A DNA stretch of 64,000 nucleotides from Octopus vulgaris (GCA_951406725.2 OX597819.1:90830001-90894000), one strand, 5' to 3'; counted from the first letter of the stretch, positions 11,775-23,105 are shown. Translations and numbers: made by a program. The notes: generated from the sequence alone by a model not told the origin.

Positions 11775-12846
11775 CTAGCTGACATACCTGGTAATCCCCA
11801 GGAAAGCAGGGCTTATCCCTTGGTTCTGTTCTTATAATTGTTTTGCTAATCCAAAGTATCATCATCATCATTTAACGTCCGCTTTCCATGGGTTGGACAA
11901 TTTTGACTGAGGGCTGGCGAACCAGATGGCTGCATCAGGCTCCAATCTTGATTTGGCAGAGTTTCTACAGCTTGATGCCCTTCCTAATGCCAACCACTCC
12001 AAGAGTGTAGTGGGTGCTTTTTACGTGCCACTGGCACGGGAGCCAGCCAGGTGGTACTGGCAACGACCTTGCTCAAATCTTTGTACACATGCCACCAGTA
12101 CAGGTGCCAGTAAGGTGACATTGGTAACAATCATGCTCGAATGGTGCCTTTTATGTTCCACTGGCATGGAAGCCGGTTAGCCGCTCTGTCAGCGATCACA
12201 CTCATATGGTGCACTTTGCACCCCGCTAGTACAGATGCCAGTCATCGAATGTGATTTTGGTTTTTGTAGCCCTTAAAACAGTTTTTGTGCATTTATTGAG
12301 AATAGTAGAATATTTGGGTCAGATATGGCCATATTAAATGCTAATGGATTAAACAATGCAATTTCACTCACAAAATAAAAGATGTTTGCTTAAAATGCCA
12401 CAAAGTGGAATTGAACCCAGAAGTTCATGTCTGCAAAGACCCTGAAAAGGACTTTAATACGTTCCCAGAGTATATAGAACTCAGGAGGAAATACTAATAA
12501 GGTATGTGTACTAAAGTTGTGAAGCATGTTACATAATAACAGACTAATAAGATATGTGATAACAATTCAAAGTAAATAACTCTGGGAAAAGCTTTTGCGA
12601 GTTTGCAGAGAATATTACCCCCTACGGTGCTAGTGTTGGTATATCCGTTAATAAGTCACTCACTGAAATAAGTGGATCTATTGTTTAGGAAAATACCATT
12701 TAATTGTTTCGCAATTTATCCAGTAGAACACTTTTGAAAATAGGTTGAAAATATGTGGAAAACTTATACAAAAAATGGAAGAGACATGCCTTCGTTTCAC
12801 ATAGTTTAATATCTTTTTATTAAAAATATTCTTTTATATATATACA
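11775..12846 (-). mobile_element. Putative non-autonomous Helitron (interrupted)
   Basis: Minus-strand 3' end is hairpin cctgg-ggatta-ccagg, 8 nt, then CTAG (11775-11778). The 5' end tgtatatatataaaag resembles a TCTATATATAAAA Helitron start with one mismatch. Confidence 0.55.
11858..12260 (-). mobile_element. RTE LINE 3' UTR fragment
   Basis: (cat)n ttaacgtccgctttccatg...gatgcccttcctaatgccaaccactc...ttttacgtgcca. Confidence 0.85.
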
Positions 12847-13429
12847 TATTTTATGGATGTTGGATCGGCAAAAGAGGTTGATAGAATAAGTACTAGGCTT
12901 ACAAAGAATAAGTCCTGGGGTCATTTTGCTCAACTGACTGAAACAAGTAAAATAGTAAAAAGTGTAATATCCTAGATAAGGCTGATTTGGTGATAAACTA
13001 CAACAACAACCTCTTCTTTGATGTCCTTGTGTTTAAATGGGTTATATGAATCATTGTCACACCTTATCTATCAAAAAACACCTACAACACAGCACAGAAA
13101 GTTAGTGTACTATCTCATAACAATATCTGTTACCCTACAGTTATAGCTTGCAACTTTCCACAACAGTTGTTAGATGCATGTGGGCATATCCAGAGCTGTA
13201 GCTATCAATTATGAGAGTGAACATGTGACATATTTGTGAAGACGTAAATTGACATGTGTATGTGTATGTATGTACATGGAAACAGGTGAGGATTGGTAAC
13301 AAGATTAGCATCTGGTTGTAGAAATTCTGACTGGATGGATTCCATCCAACCCATGCAAAAATGGAAATAGCTACTAAACGATGATGATGATAATGATAGT
13401 AATAATTTCATACATACATACATATATGA

Positions 13430-13600
13430 GTAAGCACAAAAATGCAAAACAAGTTGAAAATAAAAGCACTTGTATAAAAAAAGGTAGACCAAAATACTAT
13501 TTTATTAAAGCTGAAAATGACTTCACAACTAGTCGTTCAGAATTTCATGAATGGTCGTGTGGAACTCTGTGAAGGTTTTCAGCTTTAATAAAATAGTATA
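13430..13600. mobile_element. Short lopsided fold-back, PLE-terminus-like
   Basis: atactattttattaaagctgaaaa (~13494) is inverted against ttttcagctttaataaaatagtat (~13576-13599). Confidence 0.55.
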
Positions 13601-13624
13601 TTATATATATGATGTGCACAGTAT

Positions 13625-14060
13625 TATATATTCATTAAAGCCAATCTTACTGATCGGTTTCACACTAAGAGTTCAATGGAGTGTTAGGTAACAGTCCAAT
13701 TATGTAATCCATTACTCTTCAAAGATGGTAGTTATAGAATGAAATATGATGAAATATGATGACAGCTCTCTATTGTTGAAGGTGAACAGACACATCTGGT
13801 TTGTGGTTGCTGTGAAAAATATGATGAAATGAACTGAGCGAGGGTTAATTTGAGAGTAATATTTCTTGGTACTAAAGACTCTATTTCTGGGGCAAGTTGG
13901 CAAGAGTTTTCAGGAAAAGTGTTTATGGGAAACATGTATATCTTTAAAGTTGGTGCTCTTGTAGAAATGGAATGTGTGCAGTGGTGTGGTACTATATGTA
14001 TAGCATTTGTGGGGTTGGGGGTTTCAAAGGCCACATACATATCTGTTTGTTAGTGTGTTT
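13625..14060 (-). mobile_element. Degraded Penelope-like 3' end (GIY-YIG C-terminus-like sequence plus decayed hammerhead)
   Basis: Minus-strand KIYMFP...EIES/KKYYSQIN resembles the F.IFP...KE..FI.KY.P.LN end seen at 63865-63999. Downstream acact...agtgtGAAACcgaTCagtaa. Confidence 0.4.
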
Positions 14061-14162
14061 TCTTTCTTTTATGTTTTGGTTAAATTCTTGGGGTGTTCAT
14101 GTATACATGCAGTGTGTGTGGGCTTATATTGGGGTGAGGTGGAAAATGGTCATCATGTTACA

Positions 14163-14380
14163 CGAGGGGGGTGCTGAAAAGTTCCTGGTTTTAAGGCTAT
14201 CATGAAGGGCCTGGTTGGTCACCCAACCTTCTGAGTTCTTTTACAGAGCTTAGAAAACTGAAGGGCCGCTGCAATAAGTTTGTGAATCTGAGAGGGGAAT
14301 AAGTTGAATAAAATCATAATTAACCTTATCTTCCTGTATTTTCTTTTACCTAAAGCCAGGAACTTTTCAGTAACCCCTTG
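14163..14380 (+). mobile_element. mariner-derived MITE
   Basis: TIRs cgagggg..gtgctgaaaagttcctgg / ccaggaacttttcag.aaccccttg. Interior retains a transposase C-terminus-like KLKGRCNKFVNLRGE*VE*. Confidence 0.8.
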
Positions 14381-14410
14381 AATGTGTGTGTGTATACATA
14401 CATTCATACA

Positions 14411-14473
<63 letters not shown>

Positions 14474-14475
<2 letters not shown>

Positions 14476-14932
14476 CATCATCATCATCATCATCTAGGCT
14501 ATAGGTTTTCCGTGCTAGCACGGGTTGGACGGTTTGACCAGGGTCTGGGAAGCCAGGAGGCTGCACCAAGTGCCAGTCTGATCTGGCAGTGTTTCTACAG
14601 CTGGACACCCTTCCTTATGCCAACCACTTCATGAGTGTAGTGGGTGCTTTTTACATGCCACCGGCACAGGTATCACAACTACAATTTCCATTTGATATTT
14701 ATTTTGATGTTGATGTACTTGACTCAATAGGTCTCCTCAAGCACAGCAGGTCACCCTACGATCCAAGGTAAGCACATCAGGTTGTTCTGCAATCCAAGGT
14801 ACTTTGGATGGGCTAGGGCTATGTGAAACTGGTGCAGGAAACAGCCATGAACTCACATTATTTGTCAGGTCTTCGCAGTCACAGCATATCTCCAGACATC
14901 TTGGTCTTTCATCATTGCCTCTGTGAGGCCCA
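14474..14932 (-). mobile_element. RTE LINE 3' end (ORF2 terminus plus 3' UTR)
   Basis: LGLTEAMMKDQDVWRYAVTAKT* parallels LGLTEEMTRDRDLWKYSVREKT; ends in a (cat)n tail. Confidence 0.85.
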
Positions 14933-15210
14933 ACTTGTGTCTGTATTTGTCCCTCCAACATTGCTTGACAACTGATGCAGGTGTGTCTGTTGGTATGTAT
15001 GTATATATATATGTGTGTGTATGTGTATATGTATGTATGTATTTAGGTCCCGAAATACTGGACAGATAAAAATACAACAGCAACAACAATAAAAAAAACC
15101 AAAAAGATTACCAGATAATTTTTAATTTTCATTGCCTCATTTTACAGTCCTTTTTGAATTGTTTAGCCTTCTGTCTTTCAATGTTATAAACATATATATA
15201 TATATAAATA

Positions 15211-15446
15211 TATATTAATAGTAATGGTAAGACAACAAAAGAATTAAAGAGACCTCAGTATTTTGTAAATAGAGGAATTTAATTGTAATATAATATGTGA
15301 CAATTATTCGGTTGCCATAATAAAATTCTGAGTTAGCATATTTTAATTGCCTCGATAACTGAAGAGATGCTGGTGCAGGTTTCTGCCCCGACATCCGGAA
15401 CTTGGAGTTTTATAAAGGCAACTGAATAATTGTCACATACTATATT

Positions 15447-15450
<4 letters not shown>
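15211..15450. mobile_element. Second copy of the PLE inverted-terminus family (degenerate hammerhead)
   Basis: Aligns with 1831-2118. CTGAAGA at 15359-15365, GGAA in place of GAAA, and most of the inverted hammerhead deleted. Confidence 0.75.
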
Positions 15451-15497
<47 letters not shown>

Positions 15498-15499
<2 letters not shown>

Positions 15500-15694
15500 C
15501 ATAGGAGTGGCTGTGTAGTAAGTAGCTTCCTTATGAACCACATGGTTCCAGGATCAGTCCCACTGCATGGCACCTTGGGCAGGTGTCTTCTACTATAGCC
15601 TTGGGCTAACCAAAGCCTTGGGCTAACCAAAGCCTTGGGCTAACCAAAGCCTTGTGAGTGAATTTGGTGGACAGGAACTGAAAGCAGCCCATCG

Positions 15695-15728
<34 letters not shown>

Positions 15729-15783
15729 TGTATGTATGTATGTATGTATGTATGTATGTATATATGTATGTATGTATGTAGGT

Positions 15784-15819
<36 letters not shown>

Positions 15820-16029
15820 TTGTGTGTCTGTATCTGTGTCCCCAACATCACTTGACAACCGATGCTGGTGCGTTTATGTCCCTGTAAATTAGCAGTTCAG
15901 CAAAAGAGACCAATAGAATAAGTACTAGGCTTACAAAGAATAAGTCTTGGGGTCGATTTACTCGACTAAAGGCTGTGCTCCAGCATGGCCACAGTCAAAT
16001 GACTGAAACAAGTAATAGAGTAAAAGAGT
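15498..16029 (+). mobile_element. tRNA-derived SINE (family A), full length
   Basis: Head gagtggctgtgt.gtaag...gttc.agtccca, internal microsatellite, tail gcagtcaaatgactgaaacaagtaa(aagagt)n. Confidence 0.9.
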
Positions 16030-17435
16030 ATATATATATATATATATATATATACATACACACACACATAACATATATATTCATACACACAGTCACACAC
16101 ACATTGTTGTATATATGTATATATATATATATATGCCAATGACAAGAAATAGTCATTTATACTCTATCAACATGACAAAGACCAAGATGGCGGCATGCTG
16201 TGCTGAATTGACATCTGCATTTTGTCCAAACACCCAAAGGACATATCACTTAGACAAATACAAAAGTACATCCTCATAAATGAAACATTACGCATACTAA
16301 ATAAGAAATGTGCGTAGGCGGTAGAGATACCTCAATGTGGTGGGTGCCACCTATGCATCATACTTACATAGGTACACTTGTAAGTAGGCAGTCAAGTAGG
16401 TAAATTGGTATGTGGGTAGATAAGTAGATAGGTGTTTAGATTGTTAGGTTAGATACATAGATTGTTAGGTAATTAGTTAGCTAATTATGTAGGTTGGTAG
16501 ATCAGTGGGGAAACAGGCAAGTAAATAGGTAGGTAGCTTGGTAGGTAAGAATGTAGGTAGGTAGATATATAGGTAGGTAGGTAAGTAAGTAGTCAAATAG
16601 GTAGTACAGACGGTCACGCACATACACACACACACACAAGGAGACAGGAACATATGACCATACACACACACACACACACACACACATGCACACACACACG
16701 TGCACACACACACGTGCACACCATGCACATGCTCAAGCATAAAGCACATGGGCTCACACACATACATGCACAGACACACACACTCTATGCATACACACAT
16801 ACATGCAGTGTGTGTGTTAATAATACAGGCATAATATTGTGTGTGTGTGTGTGTGTGCATATATGCACAGAAAGTACACATAAAAATTAAAATAATCACC
16901 AGATAAAATATTTTTGCAAACAAAATTATTTTCCTCGAGATATTATTAATATGAAATGTGTTTCATATATTTACAATCTGATGGGGGGTTTTATTTCTAA
17001 TGTTTAGATGCTCAAAGCTTAGTGTGAAGATAAATACTTGGAGAAGTTCTTTGTTGATTTCATTTGACTTTTTAAATTTTTGTTTTGCTCCAGGTTAAGT
17101 ATCCAAGCCAAAGCTTTTCTTTAATCACCATGTAAAATGGAAATAGCATACAATATTTGGCATTATAGTAGATTTAACAGAGCCATGTGTTATTTGGTTA
17201 CAAACCTTAGGGGCAAACTTATTAGTGCTGTATTTTACTTCTTGTAAATTCACAAGGCTATGAATGAATCTTGAAGTAATTACGATTGTTGTATTGTTTT
17301 TTCTTTTTCTCTTTCTATTTTTTTTTTTTTTTTTTTAATATTCAGATTTTAACTTGTCTTGGCATGATTATGTTTTGCTAGCAGCCAACTAGTACAGGAG
17401 TGGAAAAACAGATATGGTTCTTTGCAAAAAAGAAA

Positions 17436-17461
17436 GATGATGATGATGATGATGACAACAC

Positions 17462-17512
<51 letters not shown>

Positions 17513-17552
17513 GAAGAAGAAGAAGAAGAAGAAGAAGATGAAGAAGAAGAAG
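17436..17552. repeat. Compound (GAT)n(AAT)n(AAG)n microsatellite
   Basis: Direct reading of the sequence. Confidence 0.9.
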
Positions 17553-18104
17553 CACAAACTGATGAGTCAACAAAAAGAAAAACTGAAAGAAAAGACTAAA
17601 AGAAGCGTCTGATTGTTAAGAATTTTTCTGCTTTGTTAGGCAAATATGTTTTTCTTAAGGCAGAAAAAAAGAAGCTCAATCAGCCCTCTTCTGAACTAAA
17701 CAGAGCAAAAGACCAAAACAGACTTGATATCTCACCAATCTCCTATGTACTTCAACACCACATAAATATCCTGCAGTTTTTTTTTTTTTCTTTCTATTTT
17801 CTACTTAATTGTATTTACTGAGCGAAAGTTTGTTATTAATTATTCAGAAATTTTAGAATTTTGGTGTAGGATATCATCCCCACAGTTTGTTTTTATTTTA
17901 AACGCACTAATGTTATGTTAAGCTGACTGATATGCATATGGTATCTCTCAAAACGAGGAATCATATCAGAATTTCAACTAATATAGCCAATCCTATTTTG
18001 TTATTTGAAGACTCTGTGAGGCTCTTGTACTGTCTCTGTAAATAGAGCACCAAATATCTTGGTTCATGGGAAGTTAGTTTGTATCCTTGATGTACAACTC
18101 ATTA

Positions 18105-18368
18105 TGTTGTTGTTACTTTTATCATTATTGTTGTTGTTGTTGTTGTTGTTGCTACTTCTGCTACTGTGACTGCTGTTGTTGTTGTTACCAGCATTGTTGC
18201 TATTTTTATTCTTGTTGTTGTTTTTATTGTTGCCACTATTGCTGTTGTGGCTGTTTTTGCTGCCAGTCCTGTTGCTCTTATTGTTGTTCTGGCTACTACT
18301 GCTGCTGTTGTTGTTGTTATTGTAAGTCATTGTTGTTGTTGTTATTGTTGTTGTTGTTGTTATTGTTC
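18105..18368. repeat. Degenerate (GTT/GCT)n microsatellite
   Basis: Direct reading of the sequence. Confidence 0.9.
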
Positions 18369-18397
18369 AATAACCCAAGTCAATTATGTCCCATATA

Positions 18398-18580
18398 AGG
18401 GCAGCAAGCTTGCAGAATCATTAGCATGCTGGGCAAAATGCTTAGCAGCATTTCATCCATCTTCACATTCTGAGTTCAAATTCCAGTGAGCTCAGCTTTG
18501 CCTTTCGTCCTTTCAGGGTTGCTAAAATCGACTTGCACCCTCTCCCAAAATTCCTGGCCTTGTGCCAAAATTTAAAACCA
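18398..18580 (+). mobile_element. tRNA-derived SINE (family B, Meta-domain-like)
   Basis: aaggcagcaagct.gcagaatc.ttagc...gagttcaaattcc...ctttgcctttc.tcctttc.gggt. Confidence 0.75.
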
Positions 18581-18605
18581 GTCAGGTCTCAGCTAGCATT
18601 TAGCA

Positions 18606-18870
18606 TGTGAAGGTGCATGGTCCAGTGGTTAGAGTGTTGCATCCACAATCATAAAATCGTGGTTTCAATTCCTGGACTGGGTGATGCATTGTGTTCTTGA
18701 GCAAAACACTTCATTTCACAATTGCTTCGATTCACTCGGCTGTAAAAGAGTCCCAGCAGGGATGTTAAATCTGTGATGGACCAGCATCCTGTTAAAGTGA
18801 TGGGCTGTAATCTCGGTTACTTTTATGTCATGGAAACCAACTTAAGCTCTGGCCATATGAGATCTAGGAT
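18606..18870 (+). mobile_element. tRNA-derived SINE (family C)
   Basis: gtgaaggtgcatggtccagtggttag...ggtttcaattcctgg...gtgttcttgagcaaaacacttcatttc. Confidence 0.78.
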
Positions 18871-18903
18871 TCATGACAAACCTAAGTAAGCATTTAGTAA
18901 GAA

Positions 18904-19137
18904 AAGGCAGCGAGCTGGCAGAAACGTTAGCACACTGGATGGAATGCTTTGCGGTATTTCGTCTGCTGCTACGTTCTGAGTTCAAATTCCACCGAGGTTG
19001 ACTTTGCCTTTCATCCTCTCAGGGTCGATTAAATAAGTACCAGTTATGCACTGGGGTCGATATAATCGACTTAATCCATTTGTCTGTCCAGGTTTGTCTC
19101 CTCTGTGTGTAGCCCCTTGTGGGCAGTAAAGAAATAA
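18904..19137 (+). mobile_element. tRNA-derived SINE (family B, Meta-domain-like), full length
   Basis: Central gcctttcatcct.tc.gggtcgat.aaataagtaccag; tail ccccttgtgggcagtaaagaaat. Confidence 0.88.
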
Positions 19138-19683
19138 ACTATCTCATCAAAACTTTGGAGAAACTATCCATAAGTTCAATACCATAAATATACAATGCTT
19201 CAGCTTGGTCTGGATCCATGCTGTATGATACCATCTAGTATTCAGCTGTGTGTGTGTGTGGTTGTGATGTGAGAGGTACTCAGAACTGGTCATGTTTATG
19301 ATGCCACAAGGTAGCAAGTGTTCTGTGCTATTTCTAAACCAGTACAATACAATTGTTAAATAGCATCTCAGCACAAATTAATTCTTACAAAGCCTGCCAG
19401 CTATTTGCGACATCAGTGAGTGAAGAGACACTATTTTTCTATATATCAGTGGCTAGTACACGGTGAATAGATGCCTGCTGCTGGTGAAGTACAAACATGC
19501 TGAAATCATGCAATCTAGCAGTTCCACCACTGGTGCTGGCAGATTTCTTATCTGCTACTGATATGTCTGTGCTTCTTTGTACTAAACATCTTCATGAGAA
19601 AATTTCTCAAGGTGAATACTGCAGTATTACAGTGTTCTGGTGATACATCTGTGATAAGTAGGATTTAAAGATCAACATTTATA

Positions 19684-19845
19684 GTCACAGACGTGGCTGT
19701 ATGGTTAGAAGTTTGCTTCCCAGCCACATGGTTCTGGGTTCAGTCCCACTGCATGACACCTTGGGCAGGTGTCTTCTACTATAGCCTCAAGCCAACCAAA
19801 GCCTTTCAACTGGATTTGTTAGATGGGAACTGAATGAAGTGCATT
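19684..19845 (+). mobile_element. SINE family A, 5' half
   Basis: gtggctgtatggttagaag...gggttcagtcccactgc...gtgtcttctactatagcc. Confidence 0.8.
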
Positions 19846-19852
19846 ATATATA

Positions 19853-19943
19853 TCACGTGACCACACGCCCGGTCTGGGAATCGAAACCGCGATCCTGCGA
19901 CCGCGAGTCCGCTGCCCTAACCACTGGGCCATTACGCCTCCAC
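19853..19943 (-). mobile_element. Minimal ~90-bp SINE (tRNA head joined directly to tail)
   Basis: tgtggaggcgtaaTGGCCCAGTGGttagggc...GGTTTCGATTCCCagaccgggcgtgt-ggtcacgtgata; CpGs intact. Confidence 0.7.
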
Positions 19944-19974
<31 letters not shown>

Positions 19975-20100
19975 AAATGTAAAAAAATACAAACTGGGAC
20001 AAGAACGTGAAACATTTAAAAGACGATACAAAAAACACGGACGGGACATTCAAAGCCTTCAATCTTCAGTCAAGAACTGGATCATCTTCGCAATTTCGGC
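19975..20100 (-). mobile_element. PLE-like terminal repeat fragment
   Basis: Shares aaatacaaa.tgggacaagaa with ~3976-3996. Minus strand has GAAA (20094-20097) then CTGAAGA (20063-20069). Lies within (TA)n. Confidence 0.5.
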
Positions 20101-20109
20101 TATATATAT

Positions 20110-20196
<87 letters not shown>

Positions 20197-20789
20197 CGCA
20201 CACATATATACATACATTCACTCGCACGCACGTACACACACACGCACACACATACACACATTTACATATATATATACTATACACTCACACACACATACAC
20301 ACGTACAAACACACACAAACTCACTTACACACCGACAGATATAGCACAATATACACCTATCCGCGCACGCACACATACACACAAACACATACAAACGCAC
20401 ACATACAAACGCACACATACACGCACACACATACACGTACATACATACACTCTCACACAAATGAACCCACATATACATCCCTACACACACACACGCACAT
20501 ACAAGCAGACAGGTACTAGGTTAAACAGTTTCTCGCCACTCACCCACACTCTACGCATACACACACGAACACACACATGCACACACACACACACACTACA
20601 AACAACACACACGCATGATACATATAGCCTTTGTTTTTTTGACCCGGCTTTGACCTGGCTTGACACAAACAGCCAGTAGTCATCACAACAGCTGGCTTTG
20701 TCATTGTCTTTATTCACCAAAAATACACACACACACACACACACACGCACGCACAAACACACTTGTCATCTTGCACACACACACACACA

Positions 20790-21075
20790 GGCATTCCTTT
20801 TTTTGGAACTCTCCTGCATTATAAAACCATATTTCGACTACCTTCAAATTCTGTTCTTTCAACATGTGATCTCTTAAGCACCACCAGCTCAAATATTTTC
20901 TCCTCTGTCTTCCCTCCTTGGGATCTTTCCTTCTCCTTGTTTCCGACGAAGAGCTCCGCTCGAAACATTAAACCCTCCTTCCCTTCTTTCCTGAGCGTCA
21001 ATAATACTTTAATTGTTCCACGTCCTGTGTTGGTGCGTTTTTTTCTCTTTTTTTTCTGTGTTTTCTTGTTTGGAT

Positions 21076-21080
<5 letters not shown>
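20790..21080 (+). mobile_element. Neptune-like PLE 3' terminal repeat with minimal hammerhead variant
   Basis: gttt-CCGACGA-a-gagc tcc gctc-GAAAC-ATT-aaac at 20939-20973; ends in (TA)n. Confidence 0.7.
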
Positions 21081-21112
<32 letters not shown>

Positions 21113-21114
21113 AT

Positions 21115-21335
21115 ATATCTGTGTATGTGTGTCTTTGTGCCTGTGTTTGTCCCTTCCTCACTACTTGACAAATGGTGTTGGTGTGTTTACGTCCCTGTAA
21201 CTTAGTATTTCACTAAAATAGAATGATGGAATAGGCACTAGGCTTAAAAATAAGTCCTGGAGTTGATTTGTTCGACTAAAACCCCTCAAGGCAGTGCTCC
21301 TGCTTGGTTGCAGTCAAATGACTGTAACAAATAAA
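21115..21335 (+). mobile_element. SINE family A, 3' half
   Basis: tgtttgtccc...ggtgtgtttacgtccctgtaacttag...gcagtcaaatgactg. Confidence 0.8.
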
Positions 21336-21342
21336 AAAAATG

Positions 21343-21373
<31 letters not shown>

Positions 21374-21467
21374 ACTACTGACGATATATGTATATATATA
21401 TATGTATATATATATAACTACTGACAATATATGTATATATATATATATACATATATTGTCAGTAGTT

Positions 21468-22080
21468 CAAATATTCAAAAAGAAGCACACTTTAAAACAA
21501 TAGCGTAGTAATATATTTTTTAGGAAGTTGAAAATCAGAAGTTATGGGCGGTCAAAAGGTGACCATTGGTTTCACACCTATAAAGTGCTAAGCAGTATAG
21601 GCAACTCATCAGACTCAAATAGCTGAAGGTGCATAACCTCTCTAGAACTGGAGGAAGAAAAAAGTAATGGTCAGTTGGTTTTGTGAATAAAAGATAATTG
21701 TCTGTGTTGTGGGATGAGGTTAGTGGAACAGTGTTATACCCTTTACATGGGCTCTGGCCATGGTGATATTTGAAGGAGCCGTGGTGGAACTATTCAACAA
21801 ATGGGGAATTCTAAGTCTGAAGTATGAAACATTTTAGATGCGGGCATTGACTGAATACTTCTTTCCTGGAGTTTAAAAGGTCACTGGGTCAAGCGAGGTC
21901 TTTTAGGATTCTTGCCCTCTCAGCCAAGCAAAGCTTACATCATTTGCTCCTGTTTATATAAACTCCTGGTTGTTCAAGGAGCTTCCATTTAATCATGTAT
22001 AGGATTTCTTTTTCTTCTAAGCATGACACATAGCTGTCCAGGAATGTGATATTGCACCTTCCTGGTATCCTAAAAGAAGA
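21468..22080 (-). mobile_element. Penelope-like element 3' end: GIY-YIG C-terminal pseudo-ORF (21811-22080), 3' UTR and hammerhead
   Basis: In-frame SSFRIPG...YMIKWKLLEQ...SK*CKLCLAERARIL...LLNSRKEVFSQCPH with two TGA codons and no frameshift, followed by a hammerhead. Confidence 0.85.
21555..21620 (-). ncRNA. Type I hammerhead ribozyme motif
   Basis: gagt-CTGATGA(21612-21606)-stem II cctata/tatagg-GAAA(21573-21570)-CC-aat-GG-TC-acct. GUC at 21563-21561; stem I partly mutated. Confidence 0.75.
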
Positions 22081-22319
22081 CGTGTGGTTGTTCATGAAAC
22101 CAAGCCAAATCAGGGTGGAATCTGATGTAGCTCTCCAGCTTTCCAGCTCTGGTCAAACTGTCCAACCCATGTCAGTGTGGATGGAAAGCAAGCATTAAAG
22201 GATGATGATTATGAGGATTTATATATGTGTATGTGTGTGTGCATGCGCATGCATGTGTGTGTGTATAAGCCTGTGTGCATGTGTGTGTGTGTCTTTGTCT
22301 TGACAGTTTACAATGAGTC

Positions 22320-22552
22320 TAAACAAGCATCATCATCATCATAAAAGTAATGTATTTCTTTTCCAGTCTTGCATGAAAATCATGTCTGCTCAAAGGAAAA
22401 TATTACCTTGCTTGGAAACAGGTGAAAGCTAACAACATGAAGGGTTTGTGACCTGGGAAAATCTTCGTCAATAAATTCTGTCTGACCCAAGTAAGCATGG
22501 AAAGTGGGTGTTAAAAAGATGATGGCAATGAAGATGATGATGATGATGATGA
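22320..22552 (+). mobile_element. SINE 3' half with RTE-like tail
   Basis: Same family as 6560-6760; ends in (gat)n. Confidence 0.7.
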
Positions 22553-22784
22553 TCAAAACATGGTCAGCCATAATTTTCTTCTAAATGTTGAACTTTTAAA
22601 AATCTCAATGATCAGTGCACCAAATAATTTTTAACTTTTCATGTGAAATGGATTAATGATTTCTTTTGATTGATCTCCAGTGTGCAACTACGTCAACAGC
22701 AATTGACAATTACTGTGGAAAGGTATGATTAGAGGTGAGATAGATTTGGTTGTTATTTCTAGCATGTTGAGCTATCACGTAGAA

Positions 22785-23105
22785 TAGTGGTTCTAAACCA
22801 CGGTCCATTTGGCCCTGCGGGTCCATATAAGATTTTTGGTGGTCCACACAAAATAATAGTATTTTAAGGGCCCCTGAAAAAATTTGCTTTAGATGTATGT
22901 ACTGATGTGTATTACAAGAAACAGCTAGGTTCCATTCTCTAACAGTTTAGATAATTCAAACTACAAATTAAAGCATGAAAACATTAATAAAAAACATTCT
23001 ATAAAACAAATCTTTAAACATTAAATGGCTGTGGGGGGGGGGGGTTCCTGAATAAAATAGTAATCAAAGGGGTCCATAGATAAAAAAAATGGTTGAGAAC
23101 CCCTG
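22785..23105. mobile_element. hAT (Charlie-like) MITE
   Basis: TIR tagtggttctaaacc / ggttgagaacccctg. 8-bp TSD acgtagaa (22777-22784) / acatagaa (23106-23113). Confidence 0.85.

Noticed and set aside
15597-15655. Triple 17-bp repeat agccttgggctaaccaa
   Set aside because: Local slippage inside a SINE between two agccttg microhomologies.
19860-19943. tRNA gene (also SINE heads near 7500-7565 and 48950-49020)
   Set aside because: A and B boxes are present but there is no complete cloverleaf or acceptor stem, and they are continuous with SINE bodies or tails.
21811-22080. In-frame TGA codons as selenocysteine in a PLE
   Set aside because: The first TGA sits just before CKLC where Arg is expected, so CGA-to-TGA decay is simpler. 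Neither replaces a motif Cys, and I saw no SECIS.
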